NCBI GenBank assembly: GCA_944386675.1
Contig: CALXBY010000005.1
Location: 979-64,978 of the forward strand
Direction: 5' to 3'
Source of the DNA: an uncultured Clostridia bacterium
Lineage (GTDB): Bacteria > Bacillota > Clostridia > TANB77 > CAG-508
DNA length: 64,000 nucleotides
The notes beneath the pieces are model-generated. The model saw only the letters and a program-made list of their open reading frames with translations. It did no database searches and had not been told where the DNA came from. This document shows, in pieces, positions 29,976-41,207 of the stretch. The position numbers and the translations under genes were made by a program. How positions within the stretch are numbered: the first letter of the stretch is position 1; each line of letters begins with the position of its first letter.

Positions 29976-30134
29976 ATTTCATCACAACTCCTCATAGGAT
30001 ATTTATGTTTGTTCCTATTTAGTATATGCATATACTATCCTAGAATTGTTTCTAAAACATATTTAAATTGTGTTTTTTTGATGAACTTACAAAATAGAAA
30101 AAATAAAAGCCATTTGACTTGTATCTTTTGGCTT

Positions 30135-31367
30135 TTATCTATCTATGTCTCCTTTAAACTCTGCTTTTTTTACTTTAGGTATGTCTTTTTGTGGAGCAAC
30201 TTTTGCATCCTTAAGCATTTGTATATGTTTCTCTTTTTGTATTCTTTTTTCTAATGAACTATTTATAGCAACTAAACTTTTTTTCCTTTCTTGTTCATTC
30301 ATTTGACTTAATGTATTAATTAATCCAGAATTGATGCATTCTTCTATTATTTCTATCTTTTCTTGACTAAATTCTGCTAAAGAATTTTTCTTATTTTCTT
30401 TTTTAGATTCATAAATTGATTCACTTTCTTCTCCTTTTGCTATTCTTAAACACTTATCAATTTCTTTTTGTTTTACACTTGGATTATATTTACGAATATA
30501 TTTTGTCAGAATTTCTGTTTGTTCATCACTAACTTCTCCTAAATATTTCATAAATGTACTTTCAGGTTGCTCTTCTTTTTCAGCTTTTTCATGCGTTTCT
30601 TTTACCATTTGTTCCATAAATCTTTCTTTTACTTCTTGTAAATCAAATTTATTTTCTTCATCACTTTTTAATAATTTTTCATATTCAGCTTCAATTCTCT
30701 CTGGCATTTGCTCTCTTATCATTTCATGAATTGGAACTACTTGCTCCATTTGATATAAACTCATTCCACCATTTCTTTCACGATATGTAATTGCAAAATT
30801 TTTAGCAATTACTTTATACAATTCATTGTTTATATTATCTGTTCTTTTAACAATACCTATTACACTGTTTATTTTTTCCGCTAAAACATTTTGTGTTCTT
30901 AATCCTTTTAATGCGCCATATATCATTTTTAACTCTGTACAAATTGCCTCTTCTTTTAATTTATTATCAGCTAATGTTTTTATAATTGTCAATCTATCTG
31001 TTTCAGATATTTCTGCATTTTTTAATATTCCCACCGCTGTTTTATCTGACGCTTGTGTCGCTAATTCTACCGCTAACTTATCAGGTACTTCATCAGAATC
31101 AGCAGCTTTCACTGCTGATTCTATTAAAATATCTGAAGAAATCACATCTGATTTTCTTAGTTCTTGTATAATTTCTTTTCTTTTATTAGCTGGATTTTTA
31201 TTTAACAATTCTATAATTTGTGTTGCTATTTCACTACTTGTTAATTCTGTATTTTCATCTTGAATTGGTTCAATAACCTCTTCTTTAACAACCTCTTCTA
31301 GTGTTTTTTCTTCATTTTTTCCTAGAAATTTTTCTTGGACTCTTTTACCTATACTTTTTAAGTTCAT
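30135..31367 (-). CDS. hypothetical acidic, helix-rich protein, translationally coupled to adhE
   Basis: 410-aa ORF with no TM helix and no recognised motif. Its AGGAGAG RBS overlaps the adhE stop (11-nt gap). A terminator hairpin follows at about 30100-30135. Confidence 0.65.
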   Translation of the reverse strand: MNLKSIGKRVQEKFLGKNEEKTLEEVVKEEVIEPIQDENTELTSSEIATQIIELLNKNPANKRKEIIQELRKSDVISSDILIESAVKAADSDEVPDKLAVELATQASDKTAVGILKNAEISETDRLTIIKTLADNKLKEEAICTELKMIYGALKGLRTQNVLAEKINSVIGIVKRTDNINNELYKVIAKNFAITYRERNGGMSLYQMEQVVPIHEMIREQMPERIEAEYEKLLKSDEENKFDLQEVKERFMEQMVKETHEKAEKEEQPESTFMKYLGEVSDEQTEILTKYIRKYNPSVKQKEIDKCLRIAKGEESESIYESKKENKKNSLAEFSQEKIEIIEECINSGLINTLSQMNEQERKKSLVAINSSLEKRIQKEKHIQMLKDAKVAPQKDIPKVKKAEFKGDIDR

Positions 31368-31378
31368 CTACTTCTCTC

Positions 31379-33991
31379 CTATTTTACTTCTTTTCCATAA
31401 TAACTATCTAATAAGATTTGTTTTATTTCTGATACTAGTGGTACTCTTGGGTTAGCAGTTGTACATTGATCTTCAAATGCTCTATCTGCTAACATGTCTA
31501 CTTTTGCTAAAAAGTCTTGTTCATCAATTCCTGCATCTTTGAATGATTTTGGAATATTCATATGTTCATTCATTTCTTTTATTTTTTCAATCAAGCTACT
31601 AATTCCCTCTTCTACTGTTTTTGCTTTTAACCCTGCCTTTTTTGCTATTTCAGAATATTTTTTATCTGCTATAAAATATTCATATTTAGGGAATGAAACA
31701 AATTTTGTTGGTTTTGTGCTATTGTATCTTACCACATATGGTAATAATATTGCATTAATTCTTCCATGTGGTAAATGGAATTCTGCACCAATTTTATGTG
31801 CCATTGAGTGGTTAACTCCTAAAAAGGCATTTGTGAAAGCCATACCTGCAATCGTACTTGCATTATGCATTTTTTCACGAGCTACTTTATTGTTTCCATC
31901 ATCATATGCTTGTTCTAAGTATTGGAATACCAATTCTACTGCTTTTTCAGCTAGTCCATCTGTATAGTCTGATGCCATATTTGAAACATAGGCTTCTAAT
32001 GCATGTGTTAAAACATCCATACCTGTATCTGCTGTAATAGATTTTGGCAGGCTCATAACTAAATCTGGATCTACAATTGCTACATCTGGAGTTAATTCAT
32101 AATCTGCCAATGGATATTTTTTGTTTTTCTCTTTATCTGTAATAACAGCAAATGATGTTACTTCTGAACCTGTACCTGATGTTGTTGGAATCGCTACCAT
32201 TTGACATTTTGTTCCTAGTTTAGGGAATTTGTATGTACGTTTTCTGATATCCATGAATTTTAGTTTTAATCCTTCTGGATCTGCTTCTGGATGCTCATAG
32301 AATAACCACATTCCTTTAGCTGCATCAATTGGACTTCCTCCACCTAATGCAATAATAACATCTGGTTTGAAGTTTTTCATAGCTTCTACACCCTTCATAA
32401 TTGTATCAAATGATGGGTCTGATTCTACTTCACTGAAAATTTCTGAATGCACATAATGTTGTCTATTTCTTAAATGATATAAGATTTTATCTACATATCC
32501 TAGTTTTACCATTCCTGGGTCTGTTACGATAAATGCTCTTTCAATATTTGGCATCTTCTCTAAATAGGCAATTGAACCTGCTTCAAAATATATTTTTTCT
32601 GGAACTTTAAACCATTGCATATTAACCCTCCTATTTGCAACTCTTTTTATATTAATTAAATTTACTGATGATACATTTGCTGTTGTTGAATTTCCACCAA
32701 ATGAACCACATCCTAATGTCAATGATGGCATATTTGTATTATAAATATCACCAATTGCTCCATGTGTTGATGGAGAGTTTACAATAATTCTTCCCGCTTT
32801 CATTGTTTCTGAAAACCTTAAAATTGTATCCTTGTTTTCAGAATGAATAACAGCTGAGTGTCCTAGTCCACCGAATTCTAGTAATTTTTCAGCTAATGGT
32901 ATTCCTTCATTTTCATCTTTTACAACATAATAAGTTAATACTGGGCTCAATTTTTCTTTTGAAAATGGATATTCTTTTCCAACACCAGTTTCTGGAACTA
33001 CTAATACTTTAGTATCTTCTGGAACTTCAAATCCTGCTTCTTTTGCAATTGTATGAGGATATTGTCCTGGTACATGTGATTTTAATTTATAATCTCCATT
33101 TTCTAATTTTTCAAACATACTGTTTTCTAATTTTTTCTTTTCTTCTTTACTTACAAAATAACATCCTGCTTTTTTCATTAATTCTTCAAATCTCTTTTGA
33201 ATATCTTTATCAATAATAACAGCTTGTTCTGATGCACAAATCATACCATTGTCAAATGATTTTGACATAACTAAATCATTTACTGATGTTTCTAATTTAG
33301 CTGTTTTATCAATATAGCAAGGAACGTTTCCAGGTCCTACACCTAATGCTGGTTTTCCGCAAGAATATGCTGATTTTACCATGCCTGTCCCACCTGTTGC
33401 TAAAATTAAATTAACATCTGGATGATTCATTAATAATCTTGTTGCCGTAATACTTGGTTTTTCAATCCATAAAATACAGTTCTTTGGTGCCCCCGCTTTT
33501 ATAGCTGCATCTCTTAAAATTGTAGCTGCTTCTACACTACATTTTTGTGCAGATGGATGGAATCCAAATATAATAACATTTCTAGTCTTTGCTGATATGA
33601 TAGATTTAAACATAGTTGTTGATGTTGGGTTTGTAACAGGTGTAACACCTGCTATAATTCCAATAGGTTCTGCTATTTCGACATAATCTTCTTCAGCATT
33701 TTCATCTATAATTCCTACTGTTTTTTCATATTTAATACTATGATATATATATTCTGTCGCAAACATATTCTTTGTTATTTTATCTTCATAAATTCCTCTT
33801 TTGGTTTCTTCAACTGCCATTTTTGCTAATCTCATATGATTTTCAAGACCTGCCATTGCCATTGCCTTTGTAATATTGTCTACAGTTTCTTGGTCTAATT
33901 TCAAATACTCTTGAGACGCTACTTTTGCCTTTTCTACTAAATCATTAATCATTTGTTCAATTTCTTTTTCTTCATTTACGTTATCACTCAT
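31379..33991 (-). CDS. adhE: bifunctional acetaldehyde-CoA / alcohol dehydrogenase
   Basis: 870 aa. N-terminal ALDH domain ([25 protein letters not shown], catalytic CASEQ) plus a C-terminal Fe-ADH ([10 protein letters not shown], HxxxH region). Confidence 0.96.
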   Translation of the reverse strand: MSDNVNEEKEIEQMINDLVEKAKVASQEYLKLDQETVDNITKAMAMAGLENHMRLAKMAVEETKRGIYEDKITKNMFATEYIYHSIKYEKTVGIIDENAEEDYVEIAEPIGIIAGVTPVTNPTSTTMFKSIISAKTRNVIIFGFHPSAQKCSVEAATILRDAAIKAGAPKNCILWIEKPSITATRLLMNHPDVNLILATGGTGMVKSAYSCGKPALGVGPGNVPCYIDKTAKLETSVNDLVMSKSFDNGMICASEQAVIIDKDIQKRFEELMKKAGCYFVSKEEKKKLENSMFEKLENGDYKLKSHVPGQYPHTIAKEAGFEVPEDTKVLVVPETGVGKEYPFSKEKLSPVLTYYVVKDENEGIPLAEKLLEFGGLGHSAVIHSENKDTILRFSETMKAGRIIVNSPSTHGAIGDIYNTNMPSLTLGCGSFGGNSTTANVSSVNLINIKRVANRRVNMQWFKVPEKIYFEAGSIAYLEKMPNIERAFIVTDPGMVKLGYVDKILYHLRNRQHYVHSEIFSEVESDPSFDTIMKGVEAMKNFKPDVIIALGGGSPIDAAKGMWLFYEHPEADPEGLKLKFMDIRKRTYKFPKLGTKCQMVAIPTTSGTGSEVTSFAVITDKEKNKKYPLADYELTPDVAIVDPDLVMSLPKSITADTGMDVLTHALEAYVSNMASDYTDGLAEKAVELVFQYLEQAYDDGNNKVAREKMHNASTIAGMAFTNAFLGVNHSMAHKIGAEFHLPHGRINAILLPYVVRYNSTKPTKFVSFPKYEYFIADKKYSEIAKKAGLKAKTVEEGISSLIEKIKEMNEHMNIPKSFKDAGIDEQDFLAKVDMLADRAFEDQCTTANPRVPLVSEIKQILLDSYYGKEVK

Positions 33992-34171
33992 AAATAACCT
34001 CCTCTTTGAGCAATAAGGATTTGCTCTATGTTTTCTAAAACCTTCTATTACTCCATTATAAAAGATTTCAACAAATCCATTATATATGATTGGAATAAAA
34101 AGTCAATAACAAACAAAAGATATTTTTCAGTTTTTTTGACAAAAAAATACAAGCACTTTCATACTTGTATC

Positions 34172-35179
34172 TTAATTATTATATAAATAATCTTGTGGAT
34201 TTACATGTTCTCCATTAACTCTTATTTCCAAATGTAAATGTGGTCCTGTAGAATTTCCTGTTGACCCTACTGCTGCTATTACGTCTCCTGCTTTTACAGC
34301 ATCTCCTACTTTCACATACATTTTGCTTGTATGTGCATACCAAGTTTCAACTCCATTTCCATGGTCTACTTTTACTAAGTTTCCATATGAACCATTGTAG
34401 CTAGCAGCAGTTACTGTACCATCTGCCACAACTTTTATATCTGTTCCTTTCACTGCTGAAATATCTAATCCAGTATGTGTTGATTTTCTTATACTGCTTC
34501 TAACACCATATCTTGAAGTAATTTTACCTTCAATTGGTGTAACTGCTAATTTAATACCATTAATACTTGGTAATGCATTCAATCTTTCTTCCTCTTCTTT
34601 TTGTTGTTCTATTTCCTCTATAGTAGTTTGTACTGTTTCTTGAACATTTTCTTTTGCCACTTCTAAATCTGAAGTAGATACTTCTTCTTCATTTTGTGTA
34701 TATTTTTCTACAACACTTAAATTAATTTCTTCACTATCATTTTCTTCTTTTATTTCATTTACTAATTCTTCTGCTTCTTCACTTGTATCTACTTTTTCAA
34801 TAACAGTTTCTTGTACTGCTATTTCATAGTATTTATAAGTAACTGTAACATCTTCCTTTAATTCTTGTAATAAATTTTTCTCCTCTGTATTTTCTGCTCT
34901 ACTTACTAATTTTAACTCATATTCTGGCTCCGTATTTAAACTAACATCTTCAATTGTTTTATTTGTATTTTGTATAATTTCTTCCTTCAATGTTTCTTCT
35001 AAAGCTTGTTTATTTTCTACATATCCAACTTCTTCACCAGAAATGCTTACTTTATACATTGGTTTATATTTTATTAAGATAATCGCGATTATAAAACCAA
35101 AAGCTATAATTGCAATGTTAAAAAATTTTAGAAACTCTTTTGTGTAAAATTTTAGTTTCTTTTTTAAAATAAATTCCAC
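34172..35179 (-). CDS. M23 family (LytM-type) metallopeptidase with N-terminal TM anchor and acidic linker
   Basis: 335 aa. HTGLDISA ... GSTGNSTGPHLHLEIRVNGEHVNP is the M23 HxxxD / HxH signature. Confidence 0.88.
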   Translation of the reverse strand: MEFILKKKLKFYTKEFLKFFNIAIIAFGFIIAIILIKYKPMYKVSISGEEVGYVENKQALEETLKEEIIQNTNKTIEDVSLNTEPEYELKLVSRAENTEEKNLLQELKEDVTVTYKYYEIAVQETVIEKVDTSEEAEELVNEIKEENDSEEINLSVVEKYTQNEEEVSTSDLEVAKENVQETVQTTIEEIEQQKEEEERLNALPSINGIKLAVTPIEGKITSRYGVRSSIRKSTHTGLDISAVKGTDIKVVADGTVTAASYNGSYGNLVKVDHGNGVETWYAHTSKMYVKVGDAVKAGDVIAAVGSTGNSTGPHLHLEIRVNGEHVNPQDYLYNN

Positions 35180-35523
35180 TCTCCTTTATGTTTTTTTACG
35201 CGACTAAGTTATATTATACTATATATTTTGCCCTTTTTCAAGTTATGTATACATAATCTTGGATAAAAAACCAAAATTAATCATAATTTCAATTTATGGT
35301 TACTTTCAATTATTATTTTTTCTTATTTAATCTCTTTTTTTCTTTATTTTTCTCAATTTTACTTTCATTTGTAATTTTAAAATCGATAACAATTTTAAAT
35401 TTTATATTTCATTATTTTAAAATCTTGACTTTTTCCACTTATTATTATATAGTATCTTCATAGACTATATGGTAAACATATACTTTAAACTTGTTTGTAA
35501 TAAAAAATAGGAAGGTGATATAT

Positions 35524-35850
35524 ATGGCTTTAGACTATACAATTATTGGTCAAAGAATTAAACAAGCAAGACTTGCTAAAAACTATACTCAAGAAGAACT
35601 ATCTGAAAAAATAGATGTTTCTGTTGCTTTTTTAAGTAGAGTTGAAAGAGGTAATTCTCATATCAATTTAAAACGTTTAACACAAATTTGTAATTTACTA
35701 GATGTTTCAGAAGGATATATTTTAAGTGGTACTTCTAGTGACTCAGAAAATTATCTATCAAAAGAATTCTCTGATTTATTAAGTAGTTGCCCTGCACACA
35801 AGCAAAGATTAATTTATAAAATTGCAAAAATCATTGCAGAATCTGAATAA
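35524..35850 (+). CDS. XRE-family helix-turn-helix transcriptional regulator
   Basis: The start is taken at ATG 35524 (GGAAGGTG RBS) rather than the TTG at 35491. IGQRIKQARLAKNYTQEELSEKIDVSVAFLSRVERG. Confidence 0.85.
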   Translation: MALDYTIIGQRIKQARLAKNYTQEELSEKIDVSVAFLSRVERGNSHINLKRLTQICNLLDVSEGYILSGTSSDSENYLSKEFSDLLSSCPAHKQRLIYKIAKIIAESE

Positions 35851-35858
35851 AATTGTAT

Positions 35859-35889
35859 AAAAACCAATATTTAAAAATATTGGTTTTTT
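35859..35889 (+). terminator. intrinsic terminator after the XRE gene
   Basis: AAAAACCAATATTT / AAATATTGGTTTTT hairpin plus a T-run. Confidence 0.8.
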
Positions 35890-36155
35890 GTTGCATTTAC
35901 AACAGCTTTTTTCTTATTTTATCAATATGATTAATTTACAATTAATATTACAAAAGATTTTATAGAACGAAAGATAATTTTATCATTTTAAGAAAATTAT
36001 TGTCGTTTTTGATTGATAATATTTTATGAATATGGTATTATATTATGTGGTCAAAATGATAATAATATGAAGAGAAAAAAATTAAATAAATTTATCTTAT
36101 CATCATATTAATTGTATTTAATTTTATTTCTTAATTAAGGAGGTTTTTAAATATT

Positions 36156-38393
36156 ATGAGATTTGAACAATGGGATGGATTTGAAAATGGTGATTGGCAA
36201 AATGAAATCAACGTAAGAGATTTCATTCAAAGAAACTATACACCTTATGAAGGAGATGCAACATTTTTGGCTGGACCTACTAAAAAAACAAAAAAATTGT
36301 GGGATGAAGTATTGGAACTTTACAAAAAAGAAAAAGCTTCTAAAGGTGGTGTTTTAGATATTGATACAAAAACAATTTCAAGCGTTAATAGCCATGAAGC
36401 AGGATATATTGATAAAGATTTAGAAGAAATTGTTGGACTTCAAACAGATGCTCCTTTAAAAAGAGCAATTATGCCTTATGGTGGAATTCGTATTGTAGAA
36501 AAAGCATGCGCAGCTTATGATAAAAAAGTAGATGATGATGTAGAAGAAATTTTCCATAAGTACAGAAAAACACATAATGATGGTGTATTTAGTGTATACA
36601 CACCAGATATTAGAGCTGCTAGAAGTTCACACTTAATTACAGGTTTACCTGATGGATATGGTAGAGGAAGAATCATTGGTGATTATAGAAGAGTTGCACT
36701 TTATGGTGTTGACGTATTAATTGAAGAAAAACAAAAAGATTTAGATATATTAAATGTTGATTGTTTAACTGAAGAAGTCATTCGTGAAAGAGAAGAAATT
36801 AGTGAACAAATCAAAGCTTTAAATGAATTAAAAGCAATGGCTTCAAAATATGGATTTGATATTTCTAAACCTGCAAGCAATAGTAAAGAAGCTGTACAAT
36901 GGTTATATTTTGGATATTTAGGTGCTGTAAAATCTCAAGATGGTGCTGCAATGAGTCTTGGTAGAACATCTACTTTCTTAGATATTTATTTTGAAAGAGA
37001 CTTGAAAAATGGAGCCATTACTGAAGAAGAAGTTCAAGAAATTATGGACCATTTTGTTATGAAGCTAAGATTAGTTCGTTTCTTAAGAACACCTGAATAT
37101 AATGAACTATTTAGTGGAGACCCTGTATGGGTAACAGAAAGTATTGGTGGTATGGGAATTGACGGAAGAACTTTAGTTACAAAAAACTCTTTTAGAATTC
37201 TTCACACATTAGAAAACTTAGGACCAGCTCCTGAACCAAACTTAACTGTTCTATGGTCTGTAAATTTACCAGAAGGATTTAAAAGATATACAACAGATTT
37301 ATCTATAAAAACATCATCTATCCAATATGAAAGTGATGATTTAATGAGAATTACACTAGGAGATGATTATGGAATTGCTTGCTGTGTTTCTCCAATGAAA
37401 ATTGGTAAACAAATGCAATTCTTTGGTGCAAGAGCAAACTTAGCTAAAACCTTATTATATGCCATCAATGGTGGTAGGGATGAAATGACTGGAAAACAAG
37501 TTACACCAAAATTTGCACCAATTACATCTGAATATTTAGATTATGATGAAGTTATGGAAAAATTTAACCAAATGATGGATTATGTAGCTAAAATCTATAT
37601 TAAAGCTTTAAATGCTATCCATTATATGCATGATAAATATTGTTACGAAGCAATCGAAATGGCTCTTCATGATAAAGATATTATAAGAACAATGGCTTGT
37701 GGTATTGCTGGTTTATCTGTTGTTGCTGATTCTCTTTCTGCAATTAAATATGCAAAAGTAAAAGTTATCAGAGATGAAACAGGACTTGCTGTTGATTATG
37801 AAATAGAAGGAGATTTTCCAAAATTCGGTAATGATGATGAAAGAGTAGACAGTATTGCTGTAGATATCGTAAAAACATTTATGAATAAATTAAAAAGATA
37901 TCCAACTTATAGAAATTCTAAACATACATTATCTATTCTTACTATCACATCAAATGTTGTTTATGGTAAAGCAACTGGAAATACACCTGATGGAAGAAGA
38001 ATGGGGGCTCCATTCGGACCTGGTGCAAATCCATTACATGGAAGAGACACAAATGGAGCTTTAGCAGTTATGAATTCTATTGCAAAATTACCATTTGATT
38101 TTGCAGAAGATGGAATTTCATACACATTCTCAATCACACCTAAAACATTAGGAAAAGATGAAGATACAAGAGTTACAAACTTAGTCAATATGTTAGATGG
38201 ATATTTCAAACAAACAGGACATCATATTAATGTTAATGTTTTTGATAGAAGTTTATTAATTGATGCTATGGAACATCCAGAAAATTATCCTCAACTAACC
38301 ATTAGAGTGTCTGGATATGCTGTAAACTTTACAAAATTAACAAGAGAACAACAATTAGATGTTATTAATAGAACGATTCATGAAAAAATTTAG
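36156..38393 (+). CDS. pflB: formate C-acetyltransferase (pyruvate formate-lyase)
   Basis: 745 aa. The active-site region is GIACCVSPM and the glycyl-radical motif is [11 protein letters not shown] near the C-terminus. Confidence 0.97.
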   Translation: MRFEQWDGFENGDWQNEINVRDFIQRNYTPYEGDATFLAGPTKKTKKLWDEVLELYKKEKASKGGVLDIDTKTISSVNSHEAGYIDKDLEEIVGLQTDAPLKRAIMPYGGIRIVEKACAAYDKKVDDDVEEIFHKYRKTHNDGVFSVYTPDIRAARSSHLITGLPDGYGRGRIIGDYRRVALYGVDVLIEEKQKDLDILNVDCLTEEVIREREEISEQIKALNELKAMASKYGFDISKPASNSKEAVQWLYFGYLGAVKSQDGAAMSLGRTSTFLDIYFERDLKNGAITEEEVQEIMDHFVMKLRLVRFLRTPEYNELFSGDPVWVTESIGGMGIDGRTLVTKNSFRILHTLENLGPAPEPNLTVLWSVNLPEGFKRYTTDLSIKTSSIQYESDDLMRITLGDDYGIACCVSPMKIGKQMQFFGARANLAKTLLYAINGGRDEMTGKQVTPKFAPITSEYLDYDEVMEKFNQMMDYVAKIYIKALNAIHYMHDKYCYEAIEMALHDKDIIRTMACGIAGLSVVADSLSAIKYAKVKVIRDETGLAVDYEIEGDFPKFGNDDERVDSIAVDIVKTFMNKLKRYPTYRNSKHTLSILTITSNVVYGKATGNTPDGRRMGAPFGPGANPLHGRDTNGALAVMNSIAKLPFDFAEDGISYTFSITPKTLGKDEDTRVTNLVNMLDGYFKQTGHHINVNVFDRSLLIDAMEHPENYPQLTIRVSGYAVNFTKLTREQQLDVINRTIHEKI

Positions 38394-38408
38394 TTAAACT
38401 AAAAAAAA

Positions 38409-38445
38409 GGGATTGAAGGACCACTCCTTTAATCCCCATTTTCTT
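38409..38445 (+). terminator. hairpin between pflB and pflA (terminator or attenuator)
   Basis: GGGATTGAAGGA-CCAC-TCCTTTAATCCC followed by a T-rich tract. Confidence 0.6.
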
Positions 38446-38551
38446 CTATGAATCTTAGATTTTTTTATATTTTTAAAAAATTAAATTACTAATGCTACAA
38501 ATCTTTAATAAGAAACCTATATAAATATAAATGAAGGAGCTATTATAGAAT

Positions 38552-39307
38552 ATGGAAGATAACAAAGATATACAAAATAACGAAAAAGATTTAAGATATT
38601 ATGCAAAAGTACATTCAATAGAAACATTCGGTGCTGTTGATGGTCCAGGAATCCGTTTTGTATTATTTCTTCAAGGTTGCCATTTACAGTGTAAATATTG
38701 TCATAATCGTGACACTTGGGATATGAAAGAAGGAAAGTATCAATCTGCCAACGATATCTATAAAATGATTTTAAAATATAAAAATTATATCACTCCAAAT
38801 GGTGGTGTGACTGTTTCAGGTGGAGAACCTTTATTACAAGTAAAATTTTTAATCGAATTATTTACAAAATTAAAAAAGAAAAAAATTCATACATGTATTG
38901 ATACTTCTGGAATGGTAGCTCTTACAGATGATATAAAACAATTATTAACTTTAACCGATTTAGTGCTTTTAGATATTAAGCATATTAATAGTGAAAAATG
39001 TAAAAATTTAGTTGGATTTGATAACAAACTAGAGTTAGACTTTGCAAGATATTTAAGTAATAACAATATACCAATATGGATTAGACAAGTATTGGTTCCT
39101 GGTTTTACAGATGATGAAAAAGATTTACTAGATTTAAAAGAATTTATTTCTACATTAAACACTGTTCAAAAAGTTGAAATTTTACCATATCATAGTATTG
39201 GTAAGTATAAATGGACAAAATTAGGTTTAAAATATGATTTAGAAAATACAAGAGATGCAACTAGTGATGATGTGAAGCATGCAAAAGCGATTCTAGGAAT
39301 TAGTTAA
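38552..39307 (+). CDS. pflA: pyruvate formate-lyase activating enzyme (radical SAM)
   Basis: 251 aa. ETFGAVDGPGIRFVLFLQGCHLQCKYCHNRDTW carries the CxxxCxxC cluster motif. GGVTVSGGEPLLQ is also present. Confidence 0.95.
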   Translation: MEDNKDIQNNEKDLRYYAKVHSIETFGAVDGPGIRFVLFLQGCHLQCKYCHNRDTWDMKEGKYQSANDIYKMILKYKNYITPNGGVTVSGGEPLLQVKFLIELFTKLKKKKIHTCIDTSGMVALTDDIKQLLTLTDLVLLDIKHINSEKCKNLVGFDNKLELDFARYLSNNNIPIWIRQVLVPGFTDDEKDLLDLKEFISTLNTVQKVEILPYHSIGKYKWTKLGLKYDLENTRDATSDDVKHAKAILGIS

Positions 39308-39414
39308 AAGGGAATTTGGGGACGGACTCAATTTTCCCTTTTTTATATTCTCTATTTTTTATTTTTCTTAAATTCAAAAAAGGGAAAATTGAGTCCGTCC
39401 CCAAATTCCCTTTT
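39306..39414. repeat. perfect 39-bp inverted repeat (31-nt loop) with GGGGACG core; giant bidirectional terminator-like palindrome
   Basis: AAAAGGGAATTTGGGGACGGACTCAATTTTCCCTTTTTT (39306-39344) is the exact reverse complement of 39376-39414. It starts inside the pflA stop codon and ends 4 nt before the stop of the convergent gene. Confidence 0.92.
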
Positions 39415-39418
39415 TCTT

Positions 39419-40354
39419 TTACATTCCTAATAATTTTAATTCTACATTTTCCATTTTATATTTTCCATCTACTAATTTGAAATCTACTAATGTATCTTCT
39501 AGTGTTTCTTTGTTTTGTCTTAAATCAGTTGTAAAATATAACTTAATTTGTGGAATCTCTAATTGATTTTTCACGATTTCTTTAAAAGTTTCTGCCATGT
39601 GTTTTTCATCTTCACATATTAGTATTAATTGTGGCATTCCACTAAAACCAGAATCTCCTGGAACATAGTTTTCATAGAATTCTTTATATAATCTCATTCT
39701 TTCAGCTAATTTCTTTTCCCAATCTTGTTCTCTTCTAATAACTTCAAAAACAAACTGAATTGATTTTCCATTTTTAGTAAGTTTAACAGCACCACCACTT
39801 GCTTTAAATATCTTTCCTGATACCTTTGCAGTAATTGCTGGTTTTACTATATAACTGTCAAATGCTTTTACTTTTCTTAAGTAAGCAATTAATGTTTGAT
39901 TTCCAGCTAATCTCTTTTTAATCATTGGTACTGGTTTTGTATTATCAGATGGTTGCCATTTACAATCAATTTCTTTAGAATTTAATAAATATTTTCCCAT
40001 CTTCTCTAAACAATATATTCTATAGATTCCTTTTCCTTCATCAGAAGTAAAATAGTATCTTGTTAGAATTTTAGATTTTACTAATTGATCTAACTTATTA
40101 TTTAACTTATCTTGTGACTTTGGATCAATTCCTTTAATTTCTAGCATTTGATATAACTGTCTTGATGTAATAAATTCAAATTCATTTACTAAATCTAAAA
40201 TTGCAAAATGGATTTCATTAATATGTCCAATATTAATCTTATGTACGATTTGATTCATTGACACATACCCATCTTTTCCATCGAAAGTTTTTATTTCACC
40301 TTCTCTTATAGCAAATGGAGATACTTGTGCCTTGATTTCACTATCTTCTACCAT
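39419..40354 (-). CDS. hypothetical protein, possibly replication-relaxation (Replic_Relax) family
   Basis: 311 aa. The N-terminal wHTH-like segment is EIHFAILDLVNEFEFITSRQLYQML...LVKSKILTRY. A later segment reads SIQFVFEVIRRE. The family assignment rests on motif resemblance only. Confidence 0.45.
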   Translation of the reverse strand: MVEDSEIKAQVSPFAIREGEIKTFDGKDGYVSMNQIVHKINIGHINEIHFAILDLVNEFEFITSRQLYQMLEIKGIDPKSQDKLNNKLDQLVKSKILTRYYFTSDEGKGIYRIYCLEKMGKYLLNSKEIDCKWQPSDNTKPVPMIKKRLAGNQTLIAYLRKVKAFDSYIVKPAITAKVSGKIFKASGGAVKLTKNGKSIQFVFEVIRREQDWEKKLAERMRLYKEFYENYVPGDSGFSGMPQLILICEDEKHMAETFKEIVKNQLEIPQIKLYFTTDLRQNKETLEDTLVDFKLVDGKYKMENVELKLLGM

Positions 40355-40409
40355 TTTCTTCTTCCCCCTTAAATTTAGAATTATCTATATTTTTAAATTA
40401 TAAACTATA

Positions 40410-41207
40410 TTATTTTTCTATTAATAATTTTACTTTCTTTTTTTCGTTATCTATTTTCTTAATATAGACTTTTACCTTTTGTCCATATTGATAACCTTCA
40501 GAATATTCTGCCATACCTACTAAATTAGGTGTAAGCTCTATGAAAATACCATTTTTATTTTTTTCTGTTTCTCTAATAATTCCTTCAACTTTCATTCCTG
40601 ATGAAAACTTTTTAGCATTTTCTTCCCACGTTCCTAATGTTTCTTTATATGACAAATTTACTTTTCCTGTATATCTATCTATAGATTTTACCACAACATT
40701 TACTTTTTGTCCAATTTTTAATCTCTCAAATGGTGTTTTTATTCTTGCGACTGACAAATCTTCTATATGTGCAAGTCCTACAATTCCTCCACCAATCTCA
40801 ATAAATGCACCATATGGTCTAATATTTTTTACGATTCCTGTAACAGTTTGTCCAATTTTCATTTGATTCTTTATATATGTTAAAGCTTCTTGTTGAACAC
40901 TTTTTCTAGATAAAATTATTTTTCCGTCATTTTCTATATCTTTTATTTTAAATTGCACATACTTATGTACCTTTCCCGTACATAACTTTTCATTTGGTAA
41001 TCCTTCCTTAGTATCTTCTACCTCACTTCTTGGAATAATTCCTTCTATTTTATTTCCCAAGTTTATGTGTAGATTATATTTTTCATCACAGCTTTGTACA
41101 ATTCCTTGCATTGTTTTATTCTCGTTTTTGTATTCTTCTATCTTTAGAATACTCAAATTTTCTATATCTTTATTCCATCCTTCTGGCACAAACCCAAATG
41201 CATTCAT
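40410..41207 (-). CDS. S1 RNA-binding domain protein (about 3 S1/OB repeats)
   Basis: 265 aa. GQTVTGIVKNIRPYGAFIEIGGGIVGLAHIEDLS and GMKVEGIIRE...GIFIELTPNLVGMAE are S1 motifs. Confidence 0.8.
   Translation of the reverse strand: MNAFGFVPEGWNKDIENLSILKIEEYKNENKTMQGIVQSCDEKYNLHINLGNKIEGIIPRSEVEDTKEGLPNEKLCTGKVHKYVQFKIKDIENDGKIILSRKSVQQEALTYIKNQMKIGQTVTGIVKNIRPYGAFIEIGGGIVGLAHIEDLSVARIKTPFERLKIGQKVNVVVKSIDRYTGKVNLSYKETLGTWEENAKKFSSGMKVEGIIRETEKNKNGIFIELTPNLVGMAEYSEGYQYGQKVKVYIKKIDNEKKKVKLLIEK

Noticed and set aside
33992-34171. Rex or CcpA operator sites upstream of adhE (and of pflB at 35890-36155).
   Set aside because: Only a half-site-like TTGTTGAAA was seen. There is no convincing inverted TTGTTAA-N4-TTAACAA or cre palindrome, so it is too weak to call without a scoring matrix.
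35491-35523. The TTG start at 35491 for the XRE regulator, and the TTG start at 56914 for the repeat protein.
   Set aside because: The downstream ATGs (35524 and 56860) are each preceded by a well-spaced Shine-Dalgarno. The 56914 TTG overlaps the -35 hexamer of the gene's own promoter.
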